From assembly GCA_040220235.1 (NCBI GenBank), contig JAVJTO010000104.1: a stretch of DNA of 34,296 bases. The stretch is one strand, 5' to 3'. Within the stretch, counting starts at the first letter, position 1. Each line of letters opens with the position of its first letter. Source of the stretch: Coleofasciculus sp. B1-GNL1-01 (GTDB lineage: Bacteria > Cyanobacteriota > Cyanobacteriia > Cyanobacteriales > Coleofasciculaceae). Made by a program: the position numbers and the translations under genes. The notes beneath the pieces are model-generated. The model searched no databases, was not told where the DNA came from, and saw only the letters and a list, made by a program, of their open reading frames with translations. This document shows positions 1 to 8,277 of this stretch, in pieces.

Positions 1-1
1 T

Positions 2-46
2 TCCTCTTCTTCTGCCAGTTCTAGCTCTGACTCGGCAGCGTTTTAA
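2..46 (+). CDS. 3' end of an upstream Ser-rich small protein, paralog of the GG-leader peptide at 122..352 (partial)
   Basis: Frame 2 reads SSSSASSSSDSAAF-stop, closely matching the C-terminus SSSSSSRSSSDSTGF of the next ORF. Not in the ORF track because the window truncates it. Confidence 0.8.
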   Translation, partial: SSSSASSSSDSAAF

Positions 47-121
47 TTTCAGCTTCTCTTCCAGAAGCTTGACTTGAAAAAGTTCAAAAATGTTTGTTCT
101 GAATTGACACAGGGAGTTCCC

Positions 122-352
122 ATGATTATTGCTGATTTAGACTATTTGGCAGACGTTTGTGAAGCCAACAGTATTGAAGGTGGACAAGCTTTCGCTGAAT
201 CGGATGCTTTTGCTTCGGCATCAGCCTTCGGTCAGTTCTTCTCCGCTACCGACACCTTCACGTCTACTTCGACCTTTGCTGGACGCTCTTTCTTTGGCAG
301 CTTTTCATCATCTTCTTCGTCTCGTTCTAGCTCGGACTCTACAGGGTTTTAG
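122..352 (+). CDS. Double-glycine-leader secreted small protein/precursor peptide, 76 aa
   Basis: GGAG RBS before ATG 122. Leader MIIADLDYLADVCEANSIEGG is followed by an Ala/Ser/Phe/Thr-rich core. Confidence 0.8.
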   Translation: MIIADLDYLADVCEANSIEGGQAFAESDAFASASAFGQFFSATDTFTSTSTFAGRSFFGSFSSSSSSRSSSDSTGF

Positions 353-468
353 CGTGAGCCATTTTTCAAGGAAGTAGTTAACTAGAGAAATCGCTGAAGC
401 TTAAAACACATATAAATGTAAATTAAATGTTAAAAAGCTCTCAGCGGTTTCTTGAAAAGGAGAGATGT

Positions 469-771
469 ATGAGTCAACTAAGAATTGTCGATCTAAATTT
501 CTGTGAGAGTCAATGTTCTGATCATCGTCAAGAACAAGTCCAAGGAGGTTTAAGTACCTTTTTAAGAGGTTCTTCCTCTTATAGTAGCTATGCTGCTAGC
601 GCTGCAACTGACTACAACGCCGATTATTTTGTCAACTATTCCTTTGACAGAAGCGGTTATTCGGTTGCCATCGGAACAGAATACTCCACAGCCGCAGCAG
701 GTGGAGGAGCTGGTGCTATTTCAGATGGTTTCACTTTGGTATCCGTATTTACCAATGCCAATGCTTTCTAA
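469..771 (+). CDS. Double-glycine-leader secreted small protein/precursor peptide, 100 aa
   Basis: AGGAGAG RBS before ATG 469. Leader MSQLRIVDLNFCE...EQVQGG shares the I-x-DL-[DN]-[YF]...GG pattern with 122..352. Core is Ser/Ala/Tyr/Gly-rich and ends in F. Confidence 0.8.
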   Translation: MSQLRIVDLNFCESQCSDHRQEQVQGGLSTFLRGSSSYSSYAASAATDYNADYFVNYSFDRSGYSVAIGTEYSTAAAGGGAGAISDGFTLVSVFTNANAF

Positions 772-797
772 AGCCATGGGACATTGACATTAACACT

Positions 798-837
798 GTA
801 GGCTATTGATTGGCAACTTTTCCAATCAATAGCTTAC
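798..837 (+). terminator. Stem-loop after the peptide genes (partial terminator or mRNA stabiliser)
   Basis: GTAGGCTATTGATTGG / CCAATCAATAGCTTAC 16-bp inverted repeat with one G-U pair. Confidence 0.55.
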
Positions 838-883
838 TGGAAAATAATTGTTGACCTTCTCCTACCGAGAATTGTGGCTAAAC

Positions 884-1624
884 ATGAATAATCGTCCAAG
901 TGCATCTGTTGAACTCGATGAAATTCTTAATTTCTTAAAGAAAAATACACAATTAAAGGAAGTTTATCAGAACATCTTATATCAAAGTATTATCAATCAA
1001 ACCGCTGAAGAAAAGGGAATAACAATTGCAGCAGAAGAAATCCAAGCAGAGGCAGATCGCTATCGGCAAGCTAAGCACTTGCAAAAGGCTTCAGACGCCG
1101 TAGCTTGGCTCGCTGATCAGAAGATAACACCAGATGACTGGGAAGCTGGAATTCGCGATCGGCTATTGGCGAAGAAATTAGCGGATTGTCTGTTTTCTCA
1201 GGAGGTAGAAACGTTTTTTAGCCAAAATCGCCTGGAATTTGACCAGGTATTGCTTTATCAAATTATTTTAGCGGATGAGAAGTTGGCAGAAGAACTCGTC
1301 TATGAAATTGAAGAACAGGAAATCAGCTTCTATCAAGCCGCTCACATCTATGACATTGATGAGAGGCGTAGACATCAATGTGGATATGAAGGTAAGCTTT
1401 ACCGTTGGAACTTAAAGCCGGATATAGCCGCACTGGTTTTTGGGACTCCAGCCGGAAAGGTGATCGGTCCCATCCAGATCGACCAAGGTTACTCGATTTT
1501 TCAGGTTGAAGAGTTTATCCCGGCTAAATTAACGCCACAGAGATGTCAAGAAATTCTGGATAAAATGTTTCAGGAGTGGTTAGCGAGGGAGTTAACCTAT
1601 AGACTTCATAGTCAAATGGTTTAA
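884..1624 (+). CDS. PpiC/SurA-like peptidyl-prolyl isomerase (foldase) of the kind found in cyanobacterial peptide-export clusters
   Basis: SurA-like helical N-terminus (EEIQAEADRYR...WL...DDWEAGIR) and parvulin-like segment (YQIIL..EKLAEEL...ISFYQAA..Y......CGYEG...IAALVF...GKVIGPI). Confidence 0.8.
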   Translation: MNNRPSASVELDEILNFLKKNTQLKEVYQNILYQSIINQTAEEKGITIAAEEIQAEADRYRQAKHLQKASDAVAWLADQKITPDDWEAGIRDRLLAKKLADCLFSQEVETFFSQNRLEFDQVLLYQIILADEKLAEELVYEIEEQEISFYQAAHIYDIDERRRHQCGYEGKLYRWNLKPDIAALVFGTPAGKVIGPIQIDQGYSIFQVEEFIPAKLTPQRCQEILDKMFQEWLARELTYRLHSQMV

Positions 1625-1656
1625 TGAGTTCCTTTTATCTGATAGGGAGAATCTGA

Positions 1657-1854
1657 ATGGTGATCGACTGGAGAATTATTAGACAAAAGATAACCTCATC
1701 GGACGGTAAAAGAACGGCGATCGCTCAGAGCATGACTAGTGCAGCCGGGGATGGCGAGATAAAAATTAATCACGACGTCACCGTTAAAATTGATTCTGGA
1801 AATAGTTATAGCAGTAGTTCTTCAGCAAGTTCCTCTGCATCTAGTTTTCATTGA
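1657..1854 (+). CDS. Small hypothetical protein with beta-strand character and poly-Ser tail
   Basis: GGGAGA RBS before ATG. 65 aa ending SSSSSASSSASSFH, the same kind of tail as the peptides upstream. Confidence 0.7.
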   Translation: MVIDWRIIRQKITSSDGKRTAIAQSMTSAAGDGEIKINHDVTVKIDSGNSYSSSSSASSSASSFH

Positions 1855-1910
1855 GCGGGTAAGGTTCGAGAGTCGCCTCTCTCCCCTATACGCATCTTTT
1901 CTAACAATCC

Positions 1911-1937
1911 TGAAAACCTTGTTTAACAAGGCTTTCA
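1911..1937. repeat. Palindromic intergenic element between convergent genes
   Basis: TGAAAACCTTGTT-T-AACAAGGCTTTCA near-perfect inverted repeat. Confidence 0.5.
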
Positions 1938-2050
1938 AATTCAAGCGCTGCCACGATGCTTAACAAATTACCACAAAGCTTTCTTGATATAAACCCAATT
2001 TTATTGAGAATGTGGGTGGGATAGCGCGAGAATGATCGCTCTGGCAAATA

Positions 2051-2887
2051 TTAAGAAAGTTTGTTTTTGATTCCCCATCCAACTCCGATCAGGCAGAAAA
2101 CTAGTAAAGCTAATAACGTGGATGATTCAGATACTGTTTTAACCATTACCCGATTGGTTTTAGCTTCTACTAAAGTCAGGTAAGTTAAGCTGTTGAATGT
2201 CCGAGATAACTCTCCTTTAACGGAGGCTTCAGCCATTTCTTGGTTTCCGGTAAAGGCTGTCTCAAACGTAGTATGTCTGGGGAAATAAGTTAAGCCAGTA
2301 CTCTTGTCATCACTAAGAAAATCCCCATTCCCTGCAGTGGTTAACTGTCCAGCGATAATCAGGAAATCTAAAAGTTGCCAATTATCTGCATCTGTAGTGT
2401 CGTAAAGGTTCAACGCTATTTCAGCTTTTGCATTTGACCGTTCAAATTCTGGATCGTCTATTGAACTTTTTAGTCCTAAAAATGCATTAAAATCGAAGAA
2501 AAATGTTTCATCTTCTTCGACCATGAAATTGTAGCCAATGACAGCAGCATTACTTTCGGCTAGTGCAAAGTAGCTATTACCTTCACCCTGGGCTGTACTC
2601 AATGAATTGTTGTTCGCTTTGGTCATTGTACCCAAGGGATCAGTGACAAAATTTGCATCAGCATTAGCATTAGCTACTGCCTGACTATTCCTGGCAATTG
2701 CCAGAGTTTGGGTATCAGTTAGAGTAAAAATATCTACAGGAGCGTGACTGAAGTTATCCAAATTGACCCAGGCTTCAGATGTAGCTAGAGTTGCAGCTAA
2801 CGTTGGTGTCGTAGTCACACAACAGCTTGTTACTACCGGAGTAACGATGAGGGAAAATCGTTGAGCAAGAACTTGACTAAATTTCAT
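2051..2887 (-). CDS. Secreted PEP-CTERM-like surface protein with degenerate sorting motif
   Basis: Signal peptide ending ...PTLA-A. C-terminal TVSESSTLLALLVFCLIGVGWGIKNKLS is a VPEPS-like motif plus TM helix and basic tail. AGGA RBS precedes ATG 2887. Confidence 0.7.
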   Translation of the reverse strand: MKFSQVLAQRFSLIVTPVVTSCCVTTTPTLAATLATSEAWVNLDNFSHAPVDIFTLTDTQTLAIARNSQAVANANADANFVTDPLGTMTKANNNSLSTAQGEGNSYFALAESNAAVIGYNFMVEEDETFFFDFNAFLGLKSSIDDPEFERSNAKAEIALNLYDTTDADNWQLLDFLIIAGQLTTAGNGDFLSDDKSTGLTYFPRHTTFETAFTGNQEMAEASVKGELSRTFNSLTYLTLVEAKTNRVMVKTVSESSTLLALLVFCLIGVGWGIKNKLS

Positions 2888-3095
2888 CACATTTATCTTT
2901 CCTGTGCGATCGAGTTTCAAGAAATCGCAAATTGCTGACTCAGGGCAACAAAGTCACGAAAAAATTGCGAATCCTAATGAATCGGCAATAAAACCAATAC
3001 AAATCAATCATTTGTATTATTACACTAAACTGAAACTGTGTGTAGTGCAGGTCGGGTGTGAGATGTGGGGAAAATATCAGCACCACTACAGCAAA

Positions 3096-3192
3096 GTAGG
3101 TTGGGTTGGACGATAGCGAAACACAACAGGCTCTCCCTGGGTTGGGTTACTCAAAAAGAATGCTCCGCCTACGTTCCAAGAACCCAGCCTAC
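3096..3192. repeat. GTAG-type REP-like element (GTAGGTTGGGTT...AACCCAGCCTAC)
   Basis: Terminal inverted arms; a related half element GGTTGGGTT...AACCCAACCTAC lies at about 26851-26881. Confidence 0.6.
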
Positions 3193-3470
3193 AAAGGTAA
3201 CATGCTCCCGATGTAAACGTCTGGGACGAATTCTTAACAATGAGATTACCTGGTTTTAAATCAGTACGGATAAAATTTATATCTAGAGAATAGTCATCTG
3301 AAATCTCCTGTGAGATGCCAGTTTGAGCGATAAGTGCATTTGCTTATTCCGTTAGGGATACATTTGCATCAAACGGAGTCAACTCCTTCTAACGCGGAAG
3401 CAAGCTGTTCATCCTTCAAATGACTGATTCAGATTCGCCGTCAAGACCTAGGTGCAAAGTCTTTGTAATT

Positions 3471-4052
3471 ATGTACATCAACTCATTCAGACAATCATGG
3501 CAACCCGAAGTGGTAAGAGTCGCTTTGACAGAGTGGATTGGCAAAGGTTTGACTCGCTATTTTTTGATAGGGGTGGCGGCGGCGTTCTTTTGCTTTGTTG
3601 GTGATAGTTATCGACCCGTACAGGCAGAGGCGGAAAGCATCGTTGTTGATATGTCGGTGTATGGTCAAGTTGAGTATGGAGACTTTTTCCAGCGGGCAGA
3701 GGCGATTGCCAGCGACGAAATTCGTCGTCAATTTAGTCAAAACCCCGATCTTTCAGACATTCAGGTTGTGGTTGTCGGCGATCGCAACGGCGAAATTGTG
3801 CCCATTCTCACGACTACTGTGTCTCGTACTCAGTGGCAAGAAACTCCCCGCGTGAGTGTCTGGACTAAGCACTATCATGCCTCATACATTCTACTCCAGC
3901 CTCATCAAGGGCAGCCGACAGCAACCGTGGCAAAAACTCCTGTTCGGGCGACTATCGGGACTCAACGTCCGAGTTCCCAAATTGATCAAGCCTTAGATGA
4001 AGGTCGTCTGACTGGGGCAGAGGCACAGGACTATTTAGATGAATTGAATTAG
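3471..4052 (+). CDS. Hypothetical membrane-anchored/exported protein
   Basis: Long open frame with a hydrophobic segment (YFLIGVAAAFFCFVG) then VQA-E signal-like site. Start codon uncertain. Confidence 0.6.
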   Translation: MYINSFRQSWQPEVVRVALTEWIGKGLTRYFLIGVAAAFFCFVGDSYRPVQAEAESIVVDMSVYGQVEYGDFFQRAEAIASDEIRRQFSQNPDLSDIQVVVVGDRNGEIVPILTTTVSRTQWQETPRVSVWTKHYHASYILLQPHQGQPTATVAKTPVRATIGTQRPSSQIDQALDEGRLTGAEAQDYLDELN

Positions 4053-4258
4053 TGATTGTGATGTTTGGCAAGTTAGGTGTGACCGTTCACTGACACCAGA
4101 ACATATTAATGTTTCCCGATTGACAAATGTAGCGTCTTGGGAGGGAAACCCTTCCAGTTTGAAACTGGGCTGACTTGACGTGGCTGAGTTCGAGTATAGA
4201 GCAGTTTTCAGTTCACACAATTACCGACAACAGCGTCAATATTAACAGGAGAGTGCAA

Positions 4259-6154
4259 TTGATTCACGACAACAGAAGCAGCAATACGTCAGGCAATCGT
4301 CCGTTTCAGGACATACTCCAAGCCAGAATGTCTCGGCGAAACGTACTCGCTCGTAGTGCAACGCTGTCAGCCACTGGCTTCTTAGCCGCACTGGCTGGCG
4401 ATCGCTGGTTAGATCGAGGTGCGGCGGCGGCGATGACTGAAGGGTCTAGAACCGCTGCAACCCAAGGAGTTGGTAATGCGATCGCTCAAGCTCCAGGCAG
4501 CCGTTTGATTAACTTCACGCCTGTTCCTGTTGTTGACGGTACAGGACCCGTACCCACCGTTTCAGCGGATTACCAGTATGACGTGCTGATTCCCTGGGGA
4601 ACCTCGATTCAGCCCGGTGGTCCAGAATACAACGGTGACCCGAGTACCCGCCCGACGGCTGCCGAGCAAGCCCAACAAGTTGGAATTGGTCACGATGGTA
4701 TGTGGCTGTTCCCGATTGGAAATAGTAATGACCGGGGCATGTTGGCGATTAACCACGAGTTTGGTCGTAATCAACACGTACTCGGCAAGCGGACACCGGA
4801 GAGTCTTGAAGATGTGCGCCTCTCTCAGCATGCTCACGGCGTATCCGTCGTTGAGATTCAAAAGACCAATGGCAAGTGGCAAAGGGTTGGCAGCTCGAAT
4901 GCTCGTCGTATTCATGTCAATACACCCGTAACGTTCAGCGGACCTGTTGCTGGTCATCCACTGTTGCAAACACCAGCAGGCAATTCTCCAAAAGGTACAG
5001 TGAACAACTGCGCCAATGGTCACACTCCTTGGGGGACTTACCTGACTTGTGAGGAGAACTTCAACGGTTACTTCGGCGCTACAGGTAGCTGGACACCCAC
5101 GGAAGCACAAGAGCGTTATGGCTTCCTTCCCGGAGGGTTTGGCTATGGCTGGCACAACTTTGACCCGCGCTTTGACCTCTCAAATCCCAGTTACACCAAC
5201 GAAGAGCATCGCTTTGGCTGGGTGGTCGAGATTGATCCCATGGACGCTTCTCAGACGCCCGTAAAACGGACGGCATTGGGTCGGTTTAAGCACGAAAATG
5301 CCGAGCTTGTCGTCGGACGAGGCGGTCGTGCTGTGGTATACATGGGCGATGACGAACGCTTTGACTATATCTATAAGTTTGTTTCAGAAAGCAACTGGCG
5401 ATCAATGCGGGCACGGCGTATCAGCCCCTTAGACCGAGGAAAGCTCTATGTCGCCAAGTTTAATGATAATGGCACGGGCGAGTGGCTGGAACTCACGATT
5501 AAGAATCCAGCTCTGGCGGCTCAGTTTGCCGACCAAGCTGAGGTGTTAACCTTTGCCCGTCTAGCTGCTGACACCTTAGGTGCCACGCCGATGGATCGTC
5601 CGGAGTGGATTGCTGCTGCTGCCAATGGTGATATCTATTGCAACCTCACGAATAATACCCGTCGTCAAGTTCCTGATGCCGCTAACCCCCTGGCACCTAA
5701 TCCCTTTGGTCACATCATCAAGTGGCGAGACAGCGACAACCACGTCGGCACTACGTTCACCTGGGACATCTTTGTTCTCGCTGTCGATACCCACGATACC
5801 GAGAAAAGCGCCTTTGGTAGTCCGGATGGTCTCTGGTCTGATCCCGATGGCAGGCTGTTTATTGAGACTGATGGTACTCAGCCTGAAATCAATGGCGTGA
5901 GACCGAATGACCAACTGCTGGTTGCTGACACAAACACGGGTGAGATTTGTCGCCTCTTCACTGGGGTAACGGGTTGTGAAGTGACGGGTCTTGCGAGAAC
6001 CCCTGATCGCCGGACGCTGTTTGTCAACCTTCAGCATCCAGGTAATGGCAATCCAAGTCAGACCAACTTCCCAGCATCCCAAGGTAGCGGCAAAATCCCC
6101 CGTGATGCAACGGTTGTGATTACTCGCAAAAATGGCGGCATCGTTGGTTCCTAA
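4259..6154 (+). CDS. phoX: PhoX-family alkaline phosphatase, Tat-exported
   Basis: Tat motif SRRNVL. PhoX motifs GHDGM, NHE, NNCANG.TPWGTYLTCEEN, GRFKHE, MDRPEW, SPDGL, ETDG, EVTG, VNLQHPG. AGGAGA RBS before TTG 4259 (GTG 4253 is an alternative). Confidence 0.93.
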   Translation: MIHDNRSSNTSGNRPFQDILQARMSRRNVLARSATLSATGFLAALAGDRWLDRGAAAAMTEGSRTAATQGVGNAIAQAPGSRLINFTPVPVVDGTGPVPTVSADYQYDVLIPWGTSIQPGGPEYNGDPSTRPTAAEQAQQVGIGHDGMWLFPIGNSNDRGMLAINHEFGRNQHVLGKRTPESLEDVRLSQHAHGVSVVEIQKTNGKWQRVGSSNARRIHVNTPVTFSGPVAGHPLLQTPAGNSPKGTVNNCANGHTPWGTYLTCEENFNGYFGATGSWTPTEAQERYGFLPGGFGYGWHNFDPRFDLSNPSYTNEEHRFGWVVEIDPMDASQTPVKRTALGRFKHENAELVVGRGGRAVVYMGDDERFDYIYKFVSESNWRSMRARRISPLDRGKLYVAKFNDNGTGEWLELTIKNPALAAQFADQAEVLTFARLAADTLGATPMDRPEWIAAAANGDIYCNLTNNTRRQVPDAANPLAPNPFGHIIKWRDSDNHVGTTFTWDIFVLAVDTHDTEKSAFGSPDGLWSDPDGRLFIETDGTQPEINGVRPNDQLLVADTNTGEICRLFTGVTGCEVTGLARTPDRRTLFVNLQHPGNGNPSQTNFPASQGSGKIPRDATVVITRKNGGIVGS

Positions 6155-6343
6155 GTTGGCACGCTCAAATGAGGCTGGTGGGCAGTGCCACACCCTACGG
6201 TAAAAGGTTGTGGCGCTCCCCCTAATGACTGGAGCGTGCCATTCGTCCTCAGTTGGTCTAAGGTTGGAAGTTTGTCAACTCCTGCTTGGCTTGGGGCGAT
6301 CGCAAACAAACGTTGTTCAACAGTATTTACATTAGGTGATTTT

Positions 6344-6934
6344 ATGAAACGCTTAGCTCTTGCTGCAACAGTGGCGTTAGGTTGGGCTGCACTTGCTGCA
6401 CCTGCTCATGCTGCACTCTTTAGCTGGGATATTGAATATACCGGTTGGTGGGAAGAGGATGGCGGCGGCTCCATTTCGGGTACTATCTTCGCCGATGAAG
6501 GCGATGCGGCGGATGGTATTGTATCGGCTGATGAGTTGAAGGCTTGGGAATGGAACTGGAGTGGCGATGATGCCGTATCCGCATTTTCCATTGCTTCTGA
6601 CGAGGAGGGTGCGACAACGGATTTTGAGCCGAGCTTCTATGTGAATGATACTCTCAATCAACCCATAGGAATAGATTTCGTTGATCCAGACAATCTCGAC
6701 CAAGGCTCCTTTATTTCCGGTTCTGGCAATGAACTTCTAGATTTGCAGGCTTTACTGGTTATTTCGTTTATGGATGGCGTTGAGTCAGTCTCCGTAGGAA
6801 ATCCGACTGCAACAATTGGAACTGTGACTGTTTCAGAATCTACTGCCGTTCCCGAACCCGCTACCATTCTAGGTTTACTGGCTTTAGCAGGGGCTAGTAC
6901 GGCAACCCTTAAACGTCACAAGCAGGATACCTAA
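6344..6934 (+). CDS. PEP-CTERM sorting domain protein, acidic
   Basis: Signal peptide MKRLALAATVALGWAALAAPAHA; C-terminal VPEPATILGLLALAGASTATLKRHK. Confidence 0.88.
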   Translation: MKRLALAATVALGWAALAAPAHAALFSWDIEYTGWWEEDGGGSISGTIFADEGDAADGIVSADELKAWEWNWSGDDAVSAFSIASDEEGATTDFEPSFYVNDTLNQPIGIDFVDPDNLDQGSFISGSGNELLDLQALLVISFMDGVESVSVGNPTATIGTVTVSESTAVPEPATILGLLALAGASTATLKRHKQDT

Positions 6935-6998
6935 GTCTGCTACTTCTTACCTGCTGCAAGGTGTTCTGTCGCCCAACACTGAAGCGAAAATAAAGAAA

Positions 6999-7032
6999 AA
7001 AACTCCTCCCAGAACTATGCTGAGAGGGGTTT
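6999..7032 (+). terminator. Probable intrinsic terminator
   Basis: AAACTCCTC-CCAG...CTG-AGAGGGGTTT imperfect hairpin followed by a T-rich run. Confidence 0.45.
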
Positions 7033-7203
7033 CATTTCAACATGACAAATTAGGGTCTGCTGTAGGGAGTCTTGTGGTGGGGAGAGACAATAGGGAATAG
7101 GCTTTGTAGAACAGAGCTGTCTAATTGTTACTGTACTATACAGTGTTAGAAAGTGCTGTAAGATAAGTTCTTAATCATTTTCTCCTCTAACGCACACTCA
7201 TTC

Positions 7204-8097
7204 ATGTCCACTAAAAAAATGCACGCTAACGAGGTAAGTACCGACGTATCTCTCGTGCGCCGCCTACTTACTTCACAGTTTCCTCAGTGGGCTAATCTAG
7301 CGATTAAACCTGTTCCCTCTGCTGGCACAGATAACGCCATATTTCGATTAGGTCATGATCTGTCAGTACGACTTCCTCGAATTGATTGGGCGGAAGCTCA
7401 GGTTGATAAAGAACACGAGTGGATGCCCCGCCTTGCCCCCCATCTGCCCCTTGCCATCCCTTTACCACTTGCTCAGGGCAAACCTGATGAAAAATATCCC
7501 TATCGTTGGTCTGTCTATAGATGGCTTAACGGTAAAAATGCCTCAATTGACCAGCTTGTAGACCCATGCCAAACGGCAACTGAATTAGCACAATTTATAA
7601 CGGCTCTGCAACAGATTGATACAACTGGCGGACCCGTTGCAGAAGAACATAACTTACGTGGTGTACCTCTAAAAACTAGAGATAAACTGACTCGTGAATC
7701 TATTGCTACCTTGAAAGGTACGATCGATACAAATGCAGCATTGGCTGTCTGGGACGAAGCACTTCAAGCACTTGAATGGAATAATAAACCGGTTTGGTTT
7801 CACGGAGACTTGTTAATTGGGAATGTACTATTCGAGCAAGGTCGCTTGAGTGCGGTTATCGACTTTGGAGGATTAGGTGTGGGAGATCCGGCTTGTGACT
7901 TAATGATTGCATGGAGTCTTTTCTCTGGTGAGAGTCGAAAGGTATTCCGTGAGACGTTAAATGTTGATGATCACACTTGGGCAAGAGGTCGCGGTCAAGC
8001 TCTATCCCAAGCTGTCATCTTCATCCCCTATTATTTGAATACTAATCCTCTAGGCGTAGGGTATGCGCGACAGATGATTCAGGAAATTCTTGCTTAA
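7204..8097 (+). CDS. Aminoglycoside phosphotransferase (APH/choline kinase) family protein; substrate unknown
   Basis: GTDN.IFRLG, VRLPR, Brenner motif WFHGDL..GN, VIDFG, GDPACDL. Confidence 0.88.
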   Translation: MSTKKMHANEVSTDVSLVRRLLTSQFPQWANLAIKPVPSAGTDNAIFRLGHDLSVRLPRIDWAEAQVDKEHEWMPRLAPHLPLAIPLPLAQGKPDEKYPYRWSVYRWLNGKNASIDQLVDPCQTATELAQFITALQQIDTTGGPVAEEHNLRGVPLKTRDKLTRESIATLKGTIDTNAALAVWDEALQALEWNNKPVWFHGDLLIGNVLFEQGRLSAVIDFGGLGVGDPACDLMIAWSLFSGESRKVFRETLNVDDHTWARGRGQALSQAVIFIPYYLNTNPLGVGYARQMIQEILA

Positions 8098-8124
8098 TCA
8101 CCGGAAATAACGGGTCTCGTCGCC

Positions 8125-8245
8125 CCATCCTTCTAGGACATCGGTCAAGAAACCGGGTTATGAAAGGTGAAAGGTTGATATTGCCTTGTCATCCTCACTC
8201 CTTTCCCCGGTTTCTAGGAATACTTGACCGACGCTCTAGGACGGC
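8125..8245. repeat. Long composite hairpin (REP/MITE-like) between convergent genes
   Basis: Nested inverted arms TCGGTCAAG/CTTGACCGA and AGAAACCGGG/CCCGGTTTCT. Confidence 0.6.
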
Positions 8246-8277
8246 TTTTTATCAGGATAAACAAAATCTGAGCCGAA

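Noticed and set aside
122..771. Lanthipeptide, cyanobactin or microviridin precursor interpretation
   Set aside because: Cores lack Cys and the characteristic recognition motifs, and no tailoring enzyme is in the window. Enzymes encoded upstream cannot be excluded.
159..787. Alternate-frame ORFs 159..377 and 590..787
   Set aside because: They overlap the GG-peptide genes, which have RBSs and a shared leader motif.
4053..4258. Possible Pho (SphR) box upstream of phoX
   Set aside because: No convincing tandem PyTTAAPyPy repeats at 11-bp periodicity could be seen.
4562..6193. Long antisense and alternate-frame ORFs over phoX (197 aa, 205 aa and others)
   Set aside because: Shadow frames of a well-supported gene, with no recognisable motifs.
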